Of a stretch of DNA of 64,000 nucleotides, positions 9,232 through 19,026 are shown piece by piece. A program made the translations under genes and the position numbers. Numbering within the stretch: the first letter of the stretch is position 1; the number at the start of each line of letters is the position of its first letter. The DNA is from Candidatus Sungbacteria bacterium RIFCSPLOWO2_01_FULL_47_32 (GTDB lineage Bacteria; Patescibacteriota; Minisyncoccia; Sungbacterales; GWA2-42-14): positions 42 to 64,041 of the forward strand of contig MHQP01000033.1 in the NCBI GenBank assembly GCA_001820685.1, given 5' to 3'. The notes beneath the pieces were generated by a model. It saw only the letters and a program-made list of their open reading frames with translations. It was not told where the DNA came from and did not search any database.

Positions 9232-10251
9232 TTAAATAAGCTTGTCCTTCCACGTACTCGGCGTTTCACCATTCACTATCTCTATCTCAATATGATAATT
9301 AAACGGGCGCGCTCCCCTCTTTTTTATCCACGCTATCGTCAGCTTTACTCCTTCTTCGAATGAAGTCGTCGTCTTATACCCCAAAAGCTTGCGGGCTTTT
9401 CCAGCAGAAGCACCTGCGTTCTTTACCTCATGAGGCCGATCGGGTACATGGATAGGCTCAAGCTTAAAATCCATGAAACGCGCAACGGTGCGCGCGACTT
9501 CATTTATGGTAATAAATTCCTCATCGGGGCCTATATTGATGAATTCTCCGGAGAGTCCCGCCTGAAAGCCCATTTTCTCCAGCGGGTCAATGGCGTCGGT
9601 AATATACGTAAAGCTTCTTTTTTGTTCTCCATCGCCGTAAATGATAGGCTGTTTTCCCTGAAGCATTCTATTGATCATGATGGAAACAACATTCCTATAC
9701 GGGTCATCGTATTTTTGTTTCGGCCCAAAAATGTTGTGAGGAATTGCCTGAACATATTCAATACCGTTTCCCTTGCACATCATCTCGACAAAAAGTTCGG
9801 ATGCAAACTTGGCGATACCGTACGGGTCGACGGGTCGGGCAGGCATGTCCTCCGTAAAAACTCCTCCTTTGCCGCCCTGGTTTCCATACCGGTCCATGCT
9901 TGAAGTAAACACGACGCGTTTCACATTATTTACAACCGCGGCACTGATCGTTGCGACCGTTGAGTTGTATGTGTGCTGGGTAACGATGTTCGGCGAAAAA
10001 ACGCTTAGGCCAACGGGGGCCGCGGCGGCACAGTGATACACAATATCAACACCCTTCAGCAATGTTTTCATTTTTTCAAAATCGCGCGCGTCGTCCTCAT
10101 GGAACTCGACTCCCTCCGGGACATTATCTCGATATCCCCCGAACATGTTATCACAGCCGGAAACACTGTGCCCATTCTTAAGAAGCCGTTTTGCAAGGTG
10201 GCTCCCTAAAAATCCGGCTACTCCCGTTATAAAAACTTTTGATTTTGCCAT
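9232..10251 (-). CDS. NAD-dependent epimerase/dehydratase (extended SDR; UDP-sugar 4-epimerase/decarboxylase-like)
   Basis: KVFITGVAGFLGSHLAKRL Rossmann motif, SSMDRYG, and YGIAKFASE (YxxxK). The start is probably MAKSK at 10251; the track ORF starts at 10305. Confidence 0.75.
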   Translation of the reverse strand: MAKSKVFITGVAGFLGSHLAKRLLKNGHSVSGCDNMFGGYRDNVPEGVEFHEDDARDFEKMKTLLKGVDIVYHCAAAAPVGLSVFSPNIVTQHTYNSTVATISAAVVNNVKRVVFTSSMDRYGNQGGKGGVFTEDMPARPVDPYGIAKFASELFVEMMCKGNGIEYVQAIPHNIFGPKQKYDDPYRNVVSIMINRMLQGKQPIIYGDGEQKRSFTYITDAIDPLEKMGFQAGLSGEFINIGPDEEFITINEVARTVARFMDFKLEPIHVPDRPHEVKNAGASAGKARKLLGYKTTTSFEEGVKLTIAWIKKRGARPFNYHIEIEIVNGETPSTWKDKLI

Positions 10252-10429
10252 TGTATCTATGTATTTAACATTGTGCGCAAAGCAGGCGTAGTTCAGAAGC
10301 CACACAGTGCCGAGCGCGTTCGTGCCCGACCGCTAAGAAGTATTATAGGAGGACATGCCATTTTGTTTGACAGCACAATTACCTTATATACTGTACCAAA
10401 AAACCGAATTTAGTCAAAAAACTCCTGCA

Positions 10430-10458
10430 ATGTAAAAAGCCGCTTTGTTTGCGGCTTT
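10430..10458 (-). terminator. Rho-independent terminator of the amidohydrolase gene
   Basis: On the minus strand AAGCCGCAAACAAAGCGGCTT is followed by TTTTA. The hairpin overlaps the TAA stop. Confidence 0.5.
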
Positions 10459-11212
10459 ACGATTTTATATTGAGCAATCGCTTGGCGTTCAGCCCAAGAA
10501 TGTTTTCCTTGTCCTTATCCGGTATTTTCGCGCATTCGACAAGCGTCTTTTGAAAGAGCAGGTCTCCGGCCGGAAAGTCAGAGCCGAAAAGAATTCTTTC
10601 AGAACCAAGCATATTCACAATACCCGCAAGACGGCGCGGACCGGAGCAGTATGAGGTTTCAAGGTACACATTCTGAAAACGCTTCGCGATGCCGGGGGCA
10701 TTTTGGTCCACCATGTGGCCGATAACAATTTGAACATCGCCGTATACTTCCGCAAGCTCTTCGACGTATCGCGCGTCTCCGAACGAGCCCCACCCAGTAT
10801 GCCAGAGCAGAGGAAGTTCTGTTTCGCGGGCGATCTCGAAAACCGGACCAAGAAGCCGAGACGTCGGGTAATACGCGTCGCAAACGGGATGGACTTTAAT
10901 GCCGCGCACGTTATTTTTGATGATGAGATCTATGAGCAGTACTTCGTCCGTTCCCCGCCTATCGTGCATGCGAAGAAAATACGGATTGAGCCAGACGAAC
11001 GGCAGAAGTGTTTCAGCTCTTAACGCCATCATCATTCCATTGGCAACCTCGAGGTCTTCGCGATATGCCGCCGAAAAAGGAATTGCCGTTGAATAATCTA
11101 TCCCCGATCGTTTTTGAGCCGCAACGATGTCCCCGGCGGTTGTGTCTTCCTCTTTTTGAAAATTAAGAGGTTTCGGATTCTTCCCAAAATGGCAGTGGAA
11201 GTCGATGACCAC
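10457..11212 (-). CDS. Amidohydrolase-2 family (TIM-barrel metal-dependent hydrolase)
   Basis: VIDFHCHFG (HxH metal site), GIKVHP, LLWHTGW and ILFGSDFP are signature segments of the PF04909 family. Confidence 0.7.
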   Translation of the reverse strand: MVIDFHCHFGKNPKPLNFQKEEDTTAGDIVAAQKRSGIDYSTAIPFSAAYREDLEVANGMMMALRAETLLPFVWLNPYFLRMHDRRGTDEVLLIDLIIKNNVRGIKVHPVCDAYYPTSRLLGPVFEIARETELPLLWHTGWGSFGDARYVEELAEVYGDVQIVIGHMVDQNAPGIAKRFQNVYLETSYCSGPRRLAGIVNMLGSERILFGSDFPAGDLLFQKTLVECAKIPDKDKENILGLNAKRLLNIKS

Positions 11213-11383
11213 GATAATCCTCCAAAACTAAAAAGGTCTTCCAAGAGTATACCCCTGCCACCCTGTCGCAATCAAGGCTCATTGATTTTTAATAACTTAA
11301 CGCAGACACATGTGAAATCTCAAAGACCAGAAACTTTCGGGTGAAGGAGTAAAATCGAAAAACCCTAAAAATCAAGCGGCAGA

Positions 11384-12493
11384 TTATATCTTGAACAACT
11401 CCTCAAACATTTTTGCAACCTCTTTGACATTGAATTTTTTCACCCATTCTTTTTCGCGTTTTTGAATGATAAGAATATTTTCATGGCTTGAATTAAGAAT
11501 GTAATTCATGGCACCAACGAATTGTTTTTTTGCGCCGCTCGTCACAACGAGATTTTTGAGTTCCGAAGGCACAACCTCTAAAACACCGCCGACGCCGAAC
11601 GCAACGAACGGTATCCCCATCGCCATCGCTTCTAAAAGCACCCGCGGAAATCCCTCCTCGTCGGAAGGCATGATAAATAAATCGGCAATGGCGTAGTATT
11701 TCGGCATCTCCGCATTAGGAATCCAGCCGAGAAGGCGGACATTTTTCTGTAATTTTAAATTTTCAATTTTAAATTTTAAATTTTTGCACTCCGGTCCGTC
11801 TCCTACAACAAGAAAAACTATATTCCCTCCGGCAAATGAACTAAGAATATCCGGGAGGTGTTGGACGCCTTTCCGCTCGCTTAATCGGTGGGCGAAAAGA
11901 ACAACCTTCGCTCCGTCAGAAATCCCGAGCTTTTTCTTCAGCGCATCTTTTTCTCCGTCCGGAAGGTTTTTAAAGCGTTCAAGCGAGATCCAATTCGGCA
12001 GTACCTTTATTTTTTCCCCGGGGATATCGTAGGTAAGCGCATAGCGTTTCTTTAGAGACTCCGTTCCTGTAACAAGAAAGGTAACCCGCCGATATGCCAT
12101 CCGCTCGAATGCTTCACGAAGTTTTCCGCGCTTATACTTCCATGGCTCTCCCGCGTTCCAATAAAACACTCTTCCTCCGGAAATGCCCGCGACGAGAGAC
12201 GCAAGGAACGCGGAAAAAAAAGAATAGTGGATATAAAAATCACTATATCCTTCCTTGCGAGCCCGAATAATCACCCACAGAGTTCCGAGGATCCGCAGGG
12301 TCAAAGAGGAAGACGAAAGAAGGCGTACATGCGAAAACATTCTTTTGCCTTCCGGCATTTCCCCTTTTTCAATAATTAGAAAGATATCAAGGTTTTTGGA
12401 AACTGTTTTGAGCAAATCATAGACATGCGCAAAATGTGTTGCGGTGTCTTTTCGATATTCGGGAATTACAAAACATACCTTTGGTCGCGCCAT
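11384..12493 (-). CDS. Glycosyltransferase family 4
   Basis: GWIPNAEMPKYYAIADLFIMPSDEEGFPRVLLEAMAMGIPFVAFGVGG is the E-X7-E GT4 core. Confidence 0.8.
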   Translation of the reverse strand: MARPKVCFVIPEYRKDTATHFAHVYDLLKTVSKNLDIFLIIEKGEMPEGKRMFSHVRLLSSSSLTLRILGTLWVIIRARKEGYSDFYIHYSFFSAFLASLVAGISGGRVFYWNAGEPWKYKRGKLREAFERMAYRRVTFLVTGTESLKKRYALTYDIPGEKIKVLPNWISLERFKNLPDGEKDALKKKLGISDGAKVVLFAHRLSERKGVQHLPDILSSFAGGNIVFLVVGDGPECKNLKFKIENLKLQKNVRLLGWIPNAEMPKYYAIADLFIMPSDEEGFPRVLLEAMAMGIPFVAFGVGGVLEVVPSELKNLVVTSGAKKQFVGAMNYILNSSHENILIIQKREKEWVKKFNVKEVAKMFEELFKI

Positions 12494-12602
12494 ACCTGCA
12501 TCATATCTTTTTTATTCGGTTTTTAGAAGTGCGTGTACAAACAAGCTTCTTTGTGGTACTGATGGCATATTCTTACTCTGTTCTTTGATATGAGGTGTAA
12601 CG

Positions 12603-13784
12603 ATGAGAAGCTGGAACTTTGATACGCTTCTTGTTTCGGGCGGATACGACCCGACGGAACACCGCTGGCACAGGTCGGAACCGATTTATCCGGATGCCGC
12701 AGTTGTGCAACCTGACTGCAGAACTGCCACGGCCCGATTTGCCGGAACCGAGGAAGGGCTTGTTTATGCGAGGTTCGGAACGGATAATGATATTCTTGTT
12801 GAGAAACGTGTAGCTCTTCTTGAGGGGGCTGAAGCATCAAAATGCTTCGGCTCGGGACTTGCCGCAATCAACTGCCTGCTTTACGCGCTTGCTGAAGACG
12901 GAGACCACATCGCAGTACAGGAAAAAATGTACGGTGGAACAATTGCCGCGATTACAAAGCTCCTGATGCGCGCCGGGGTACGCGTTACATTCATTAAGGA
13001 CACGAACGACCCCGACGAATGGAAGCGTGCATGCAAGAAAAAGAGAATGAAGCTTCTATTCGCCGAAATTCTTTCGAACCCGACACTCGAAGTGCTTGAT
13101 GTCGAGACTATTTCGGAAATTGCAAAGACTCACAACGCCGCCCTCGTGATTGACGCGACCTTCTCAACGCCGGTTCTTTTCCGCCCGCTTGACTGGGGGG
13201 CTGATTACAGCATCCACTCAACGACAAAATTCATGAATATCGGAGGAACGAACACAGGCGGAGTTTTGTCGGGACCGAAAGACGGCATAAAAAAAGTCGT
13301 GGGAATTTCAAACCTTTGGGGAGCCCCGCTTTCCGCGTTTGACGCATGGCTTACAATCAAAGGAATGCCTTTTTTGAAAGATCGGGTACTCCGCCAGTCG
13401 AAGTCCGCTTTCGAGCTTGCGTCCTTTCTTGCAAAAAACCCGCGGGTAAAGAAAATATTTTATCCGAAGCTCATGAGCTCGCCAGATTATTTCCGCGCCA
13501 AAAAATACCTGCCGGAAGGCTGTGGAGCCGTATTCGCGCTTGAGCTTGAGGGAACTAAGGCGGATGCCGCCCGCTTCATCGAGTCGCTCAAGCTCTGGTC
13601 GCATGCGGTAAATCTTGGCGACATTCACTCGCTTGCGACATGCCCCGCCCTGACAACACACTCAACCATTCCGCAGGAGATGCGGGAGCGGGCCGGTATT
13701 ACAGACACGTTCATCCGTTTTTCAACAGGCCTTGAGCATATTGAAGACCTAAAGGATGACATCGACCAGGCGCTGAAAAAATAG
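12603..13784 (+). CDS. PLP-dependent Cys/Met-metabolism enzyme (O-acetylhomoserine sulfhydrylase / methionine gamma-lyase family)
   Basis: Fold-type I trans-sulfuration pattern with the PLP-lysine in YSIHSTTKFMNIGG and C-terminal FSTGLEHIEDL. It is the only plus-strand gene in the first 27 kb. Confidence 0.75.
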   Translation: MRSWNFDTLLVSGGYDPTEHRWHRSEPIYPDAAVVQPDCRTATARFAGTEEGLVYARFGTDNDILVEKRVALLEGAEASKCFGSGLAAINCLLYALAEDGDHIAVQEKMYGGTIAAITKLLMRAGVRVTFIKDTNDPDEWKRACKKKRMKLLFAEILSNPTLEVLDVETISEIAKTHNAALVIDATFSTPVLFRPLDWGADYSIHSTTKFMNIGGTNTGGVLSGPKDGIKKVVGISNLWGAPLSAFDAWLTIKGMPFLKDRVLRQSKSAFELASFLAKNPRVKKIFYPKLMSSPDYFRAKKYLPEGCGAVFALELEGTKADAARFIESLKLWSHAVNLGDIHSLATCPALTTHSTIPQEMRERAGITDTFIRFSTGLEHIEDLKDDIDQALKK

Positions 13785-13797
13785 ACAATAAAAAAAT

Positions 13798-13825
13798 AAT
13801 CCCGTTTTAAACGGGATTTTTTCTA
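13798..13825 (+). terminator. Rho-independent terminator
   Basis: AATCCCGTTT-TAA-AACGGGATT followed by TTTTTC. Confidence 0.6.
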
Positions 13826-13863
13826 ACCCCAGCCGTCACAGGTGTGGACGAGGAATAAAAAAC

Positions 13864-13892
13864 TTGACAAAAGTGCATTCTAATTATATAAT
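13864..13892 (+). promoter_or_regulatory. Perfect sigma70-consensus promoter (TTGACA-17 bp-TATAAT)
   Basis: TTGACA at 13864-13869, an exact 17-bp spacer, and TATAAT at 13887-13892. Located 44 bp upstream of the small ORF 13936..14181. Confidence 0.55.
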
Positions 13893-13935
13893 CACCATAG
13901 CACACCTTTGATATTCAAGGGCAAAGAACTTACCT

Positions 13936-14181
13936 ATGCCAACCCCTAACGGATGGGTATCAGGAGACGTTATCATTTTTTTTAAAAAGAACATATCCGA
14001 AGAACGCATTAAAACCATTATTTCTGAATTTTGGCTTCAGATAGTTTCGTCTCCGGAGAGCCCCGGCGGAATGTACTGGCTTGAAGTTCCTCCCGGCACC
14101 GAGCAAGAATGGATTTCACGGCTTAACAATTTAGCGGAAGTTGACCAGGCATACCCGAACAAATACCTTGAAGAACAATAA
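13936..14181 (+). CDS. Small hypothetical protein (81 aa)
   Basis: ORF bracketed by a consensus promoter and a bidirectional terminator. No recognisable family. Confidence 0.4.
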   Translation: MPTPNGWVSGDVIIFFKKNISEERIKTIISEFWLQIVSSPESPGGMYWLEVPPGTEQEWISRLNNLAEVDQAYPNKYLEEQ

Positions 14182-14183
14182 AT

Positions 14184-14218
14184 AAAAAAACCGCAGAATG
14201 TCTGTGGTGTTTTTGTTT
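14184..14218. terminator. Bidirectional terminator between convergent genes
   Basis: A-run, hairpin CCGCAGA-ATG-TCTGTGG (one GU pair), then T-run TGTTTTTGTTT. Confidence 0.4.
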
Positions 14219-14219
14219 A

Positions 14220-15584
14220 TTATAGACGGTCCAGGATTCGCTGAAAGTTTCTGGCAACATCAAAAAGCGTGTTGAGAGAAAATAACGAAAAAGAAATAAG
14301 AAGCGCCCGATCGAAAAAGTTCCGCTCTCTCATAAGCAACGTAAACGCATACCCGGCAAATAGCGCCATAAAGGGGTAAGCAGAATACCGATATCGCGTC
14401 TCAACAATAAGGAACATGAACGAGACCGGCATCAAAATGAGCATGACGGTAAAAAACAATACCCTCTGCCGTGTTTGCCCTGTTGTACGCGTGATCGCGC
14501 CTAAAACACCGGCACCCCCAAGCAGAAAAAGAACAAACGCATAGACCGCCGAAGAAACTACCACGGCAAGCTGCTGAAAACGCATCCCCTCCAGATACGG
14601 CCACCAGCCAGTTGGACGAGCAATGCTAAAATATATCGAAACGCGATAGAACGTAATCTTAAGAAAGCGAAGCGGGTCTGCTTTTATGAACCCAAGCGCC
14701 ATGTCTATTTCGGTCTTGTTTGCCGAGAATCGTTCGGCAAACCGAAGAGGCGTCGTATACTCATAGCGCGAGTCGTCAATTTCACCCGTCGCATTCGGAT
14801 TGTTGCCGTTCAAAAAAGCATCCCCAACCGCAAGATTTGTCGGAACAAATTTATGAAACACGCGATAGTTCCTTACAGCCCAGGGCGCCATCAGAATGGC
14901 GCAGCAAAAAAGAAAAACGATAGCATGCACAAAGCGCTTTCGCACCCAAAAGAGCGCTGAGGCCGGCAGAAGCAAAATGCCGAGGGGAGACCGGGTAAGA
15001 TAGACTGCCCCGAATAATACTCCCGCAAGTCCAGCACCTGATGCTGAAGGCATATCATCATATCGGAAAAACCACCAGACAAAAAGAAGCATCAGAAAAA
15101 GAGCAAAATTTTCGACAAGAAGCATGGAGCTTGCAAGTATCAGGTCAGGAGAAAACGCTATAAGCGCCGCCCCCGTCAAGCCCATTGCCGGATGCCACAT
15201 ATCTTTAAATAGCCGGCGCGAAATAAGAAATACAAGCAAAGCCGAAAGCGCATGAAAAAGCGCCTGAAAAATCCAAACCGGTTCATAGCGATGGCCGAAG
15301 ACATAAAAGAAACCGACGAGCAAAAATTCATATCCCGGTCCCGACTTTATCATCGAGCGATCCGCATTCAACGGAATATCATTCGTATCCATTCGGTATC
15401 CGTTCCCCGATATGATATTTTGGGCGATCACGTTATAAGCTTCGGCGTCTACCATAGGCTCGATGCGATAGTAAAAAGAATAGAAAAGCGAAACCAAAAA
15501 GGCTCCCCCAATAACCCCCCAGAGAAGACGGCGGGAGTAACGCTCTAAGAAATCGAGGAAGTATGATGTATGCATCATGTTCAT
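14220..15584 (-). CDS. Polytopic membrane protein, probable GT-C glycosyltransferase (PMT_2/ArnT-like)
   Basis: 10+ TM helices and a central loop FRYDDMPSASGAGLAGVLFGAVYLTRSPLG similar to the PMT_2/GT39-83 family. Confidence 0.5.
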   Translation of the reverse strand: MNMMHTSYFLDFLERYSRRLLWGVIGGAFLVSLFYSFYYRIEPMVDAEAYNVIAQNIISGNGYRMDTNDIPLNADRSMIKSGPGYEFLLVGFFYVFGHRYEPVWIFQALFHALSALLVFLISRRLFKDMWHPAMGLTGAALIAFSPDLILASSMLLVENFALFLMLLFVWWFFRYDDMPSASGAGLAGVLFGAVYLTRSPLGILLLPASALFWVRKRFVHAIVFLFCCAILMAPWAVRNYRVFHKFVPTNLAVGDAFLNGNNPNATGEIDDSRYEYTTPLRFAERFSANKTEIDMALGFIKADPLRFLKITFYRVSIYFSIARPTGWWPYLEGMRFQQLAVVVSSAVYAFVLFLLGGAGVLGAITRTTGQTRQRVLFFTVMLILMPVSFMFLIVETRYRYSAYPFMALFAGYAFTLLMRERNFFDRALLISFSLFSLNTLFDVARNFQRILDRL

Positions 15585-15701
15585 ATATTTTTATTCATTT
15601 ATCCATCTTTCATTTCGTAGGATAGTATATCCCAAAAAGACCCTAAACCGATATGTTTTCCTCGTAAAAAATCCGCGTTATCTGAATGATACGAGATGCT
15701 G

Positions 15702-16271
15702 TTATTTTTTTGCGACGGCAAACAAGTTGAAGCCCGCTTCAAAATACGCTTGTGTTATATGCTCGGTCTTAAAGCCGGCAGAAACCAGCATGCGTGAGAG
15801 GTCACGCTTCCAGAAGTAGCGTTTGTGGTCACGTATCTCCCCTTCTTCAATGACGTGAAGCTTGTAGGCAAGAACTTCCAGCACCGGACGCGCCGCCCAT
15901 GTCGGAACGGTAATGATAAGAGTTCCGCCGGGCCTTAAGACACGGTATATTTCTTTCAAAATATCCTCAGGGTACTGAAGGTGTTCAAGCACGGCAGTCA
16001 GAGTCACGACATCAACGGACGACGTTTCTTGATCAAGTGTTTTTTCAAGAAGGCCTTTCTTAAGCGTAATATTCCCTTCCTCCCCTTCTGGAACATCCAT
16101 ATCAATGCCGATGCCCTTACTGATAAGAGGCAAGAGCGACCGAAGAAGACGAGCCTTAAAACCGCATCCGACGTCAAGCACGACCGCACCCCTCGAAATG
16201 TACGACCGAACCCGCCGCACTCTCAGAAAACGCAATAAAGGGTCAAGAAGCCTATCCATGGTTTTAGCCAA
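15702..16271 (-). CDS. Class I SAM-dependent methyltransferase
   Basis: VVLDVGCGFKARLL (motif I), DVVTLTAVLEHL, and LRPGGTLIITVP. Confidence 0.8.
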   Translation of the reverse strand: MAKTMDRLLDPLLRFLRVRRVRSYISRGAVVLDVGCGFKARLLRSLLPLISKGIGIDMDVPEGEEGNITLKKGLLEKTLDQETSSVDVVTLTAVLEHLQYPEDILKEIYRVLRPGGTLIITVPTWAARPVLEVLAYKLHVIEEGEIRDHKRYFWKRDLSRMLVSAGFKTEHITQAYFEAGFNLFAVAKK

Positions 16272-16959
16272 ACACGTTAAACCGAATGACGTGCCACACA
16301 GCCGCTATTCCGTCTTTCCAGTTGATTTTTTTTCCTTCTTCATATGTCCTGCCCGAATACGATATTCCAACTTCGTACACCCTCCATTTTCCTTTCGCAA
16401 CTCTAGCGGTCAGCTCAACCTCAATGCCGAACCGGTCAGACACGAGTTTCGGAAGAAGGAACTCTACGACTTCCCGGCGAAAAACTTTATAGCCGGTCTC
16501 AATATCCGATAAGTTCAGATTCGTAAAACAATTTGAAAGAAATGTAATGAGAATATTTGCAAGATAGTGGTGAAAGTTGAGAACCCTACGCGGCTGGTTC
16601 GAAATGAGCCGGGAGCCATAAACAACATCCGCCTGATTTCCAAGTATCGGCTTGAGTAAAAAGGGATAGTCCGCCGGGTCGTATTCGAAGTCGGCATCCT
16701 GAATAAGAACAATGTCCCCTGTCGTCACTTTCAGTCCGGTCCTAATGGCTGCTCCTTTGCCGCGGTTTTGCGGATGCTTGACGATGCGAATACCGGAAAT
16801 CCCCTCAAGCATCGAAAGACTTCTGTCCTTAGAGCCATCATCAACCGCAATAATCTCCTTTTCCATGCCTAACGAATCAGCCTTTTTCACGCGGTCAACC
16901 AGTTTAGCGATGGTTTTTTCTTCGTTATAGACAGGTATAACGATGGAAAGTTTTTTCAT
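16264..16959 (-). CDS. GT2 polyprenol-phosphate glycosyltransferase (DPM1-like, soluble form)
   Basis: KLSIVIPVYNEEKTI...IIAVDDGSKDRS...LIQDADFEYDP. There is no C-terminal TM segment. It has an 8-nt overlap with the upstream methyltransferase. Confidence 0.8.
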   Translation of the reverse strand: MKKLSIVIPVYNEEKTIAKLVDRVKKADSLGMEKEIIAVDDGSKDRSLSMLEGISGIRIVKHPQNRGKGAAIRTGLKVTTGDIVLIQDADFEYDPADYPFLLKPILGNQADVVYGSRLISNQPRRVLNFHHYLANILITFLSNCFTNLNLSDIETGYKVFRREVVEFLLPKLVSDRFGIEVELTARVAKGKWRVYEVGISYSGRTYEEGKKINWKDGIAAVWHVIRFNVFG

Positions 16960-16973
16960 GTTCCTCTATCGGC

Positions 16974-18737
16974 TTACCGATTTTTAAATGTGTATATCTC
17001 AACATACGGACCCGAGAATTCTCTGCCGGAAAGAGCATCTGCAGGATACATAGGGTCATTCAGAATATCTGCGGCATCCTTCCCATCTCGCCTTGGCGCA
17101 AAGCCGACAACACGCACCTTATCCAAACCGGCGTAGCGCGCTTCGAGTTCCCTCTTTTGCCGCGCATTCCAATATGAATAAAAAAGATATCCAGCGGGGA
17201 TTTTTTTGAATTCGCCGTCGATATCTTGAAACCGACTTATATCATAAACAAAATAACCGGGCTCGTACAGACGGCTATCCGGCGAAATGCCGAGAACGGC
17301 TCCTGCGCGGGTATCGAAACGAACAGGATTGTTTTCCTTGAGTGCGGCGGCACTTTCCTTGTTCATTGGTACATACACCGTATAATCGTCAAGAATAATG
17401 ACGGAACCAAGTGGAACATTTTTTTGAATCCATTCGACGGCTTGTGTGCGCGTGTCAAAACTTGACATAAGCGCACCGTAGCGATACACCGGATAAACCG
17501 AATACCAGAAAAATCCGAACGTAAAAAAGACAAGAAGAAGATACCTCACGAACGGAGTCCGCTGCTTCGAAAAACCAAGAAAAAACGCGTAGGACGAACC
17601 GAGAAGAAGCGGAGGAACAACCGGCAGAATAAACCGCGGCTCTATTCTTGAAAATCCGAATATGAGTCCGGCGAGATAGAGAAGCGGCATACCAAGCAAA
17701 AGCGAAAATTCAAAAAATTTCCCGTTGTTTGCGCGCCACCACCCAATGAGCCCTGCGGCGCCGAGAAGAAAAAGCGGACTTTCTGACCAAAAATACCTGC
17801 TTACATTCAAAATATTTGTCCACAGGTGTATTCCTCCTCCAACAGGTTTCGTCGTAATGTGCTGAAACGAGAACCCAAAAATACTTCCGACCCCGGCAAC
17901 GAGCCATCCGAATTGACGCTGAAATGCATATGGATTAGCGAGAGAGAAAAAAACTATAATTGCGCAAAGCAAAACAAGACTCACCATGAAGGATTTATCA
18001 AAAAACGCACCCTCTTTTGTGTTCATAACAAGGTTCCGCATGCGCCTTCCCCTCCACCCATGCATGTGAGCCCAAAAAAACCAGGGCAGAAGAACAAGAA
18101 TGATATATCCCATGCCATATCCGAACCCGATAGCAAAAACTGCCAGCACGTACCAAAGAAGACGGCGGGTTTCCTTCATTTTCACGATGGAGTATATCCC
18201 GGCAACAACAAAAAAGGCCGTTGGTCCCCAAAAACGCCCGGTCTGAGTTTCGTGTACATGGAGAAAATCGAATACAAGAAATACCGCCGAGAGCAAAGCG
18301 ACATGCTTTGAAAAAACATTTCTTCCGAGAAGATACAGGATGTAGACCGTTGCAGTTCCAAAAAGAGCAGACAGGATACGCGCGATAACAAGAAACTCTT
18401 CGCGATGAAGCAGAACATATTGCTGAAACTCATGTACTCCCGAAAACCAGCCAAGAAGAATTCCGGCAACCCCCGCAACACCAAAGAAGGGAGCGAGTAT
18501 ATACGAAAAAAGCGGAGGAATGTATAAAAACGAGTTCCCCCACAAAGATCCTGACTGTAATATTTTAAAGCCGCCAACAACCGAAACAAGCTCATCCCCA
18601 TAAAAACTTTGAGGAATTCCAAAAGAAACCGCACCCAGTCTCAGTATGAACGCAATAAACAAAAGAGCTATAAGAATAGTCCGAAAATATATTTGTTCGC
18701 GAGCAAACGCTCTGCGAAAACTGAATTGGTCATCCAT
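16974..18737 (-). CDS. GT-C fold integral-membrane glycosyltransferase, paralog C
   Basis: Many TM helices and the FDFLHVHETQTGRFWGP loop. The C-terminal soluble domain ...ILNDPMYPADALSGREFSGPYVEIYTFKNR is homologous to the C-termini of paralogs A and B. Confidence 0.55.
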   Translation of the reverse strand: MDDQFSFRRAFAREQIYFRTILIALLFIAFILRLGAVSFGIPQSFYGDELVSVVGGFKILQSGSLWGNSFLYIPPLFSYILAPFFGVAGVAGILLGWFSGVHEFQQYVLLHREEFLVIARILSALFGTATVYILYLLGRNVFSKHVALLSAVFLVFDFLHVHETQTGRFWGPTAFFVVAGIYSIVKMKETRRLLWYVLAVFAIGFGYGMGYIILVLLPWFFWAHMHGWRGRRMRNLVMNTKEGAFFDKSFMVSLVLLCAIIVFFSLANPYAFQRQFGWLVAGVGSIFGFSFQHITTKPVGGGIHLWTNILNVSRYFWSESPLFLLGAAGLIGWWRANNGKFFEFSLLLGMPLLYLAGLIFGFSRIEPRFILPVVPPLLLGSSYAFFLGFSKQRTPFVRYLLLVFFTFGFFWYSVYPVYRYGALMSSFDTRTQAVEWIQKNVPLGSVIILDDYTVYVPMNKESAAALKENNPVRFDTRAGAVLGISPDSRLYEPGYFVYDISRFQDIDGEFKKIPAGYLFYSYWNARQKRELEARYAGLDKVRVVGFAPRRDGKDAADILNDPMYPADALSGREFSGPYVEIYTFKNR

Positions 18738-18756
18738 AGTTTAAAATTTCCTCATG

Positions 18757-19014
18757 TCAGCCGACAACATTAAAAAATCGAAGCATCAAAAAACGCATGA
18801 TGAAAAGTCCACCAATGATGGTAATGCTGCTGATGATCGTGGAAATATGAAATATATCAATAAAAAGCCACAGTAAACAAATTTGTACAAGCGCTAACAC
18901 GCCGCCCGTCCAAAGATAGTGGAAAAAGGACCAGCTCAAAAAAGGTTTTAACATACCGGCACATATAGATGACTTGTCGGAAGGATTTTTTTGTTCAGGC
19001 AACATATATTTCAA
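18757..19014 (-). CDS. Small two-TM membrane protein, GtrA-like (candidate polyprenol-P-sugar flippase subunit)
   Basis: FFHYLWTGGVLALVQICLLWLFIDIF resembles the GtrA FxxVGxxxxxxxxxL helix. It is shorter than canonical GtrA proteins. Confidence 0.35.
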   Translation of the reverse strand: MKYMLPEQKNPSDKSSICAGMLKPFLSWSFFHYLWTGGVLALVQICLLWLFIDIFHISTIISSITIIGGLFIMRFLMLRFFNVVG

Positions 19015-19026
19015 CAGAATTATGCG

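Noticed and set aside
12494-12602. Possible SAM riboswitch upstream of the PLP-dependent Met/Cys enzyme
   Set aside because: Only 109 nt and lacks the conserved SAM-I or SAM-II cores. It is more likely a divergent promoter region.
15577-15819. 80-aa plus-strand ORF
   Set aside because: It starts in an intergenic AT-rich promoter region and overlaps the methyltransferase gene on the opposite strand. No support.
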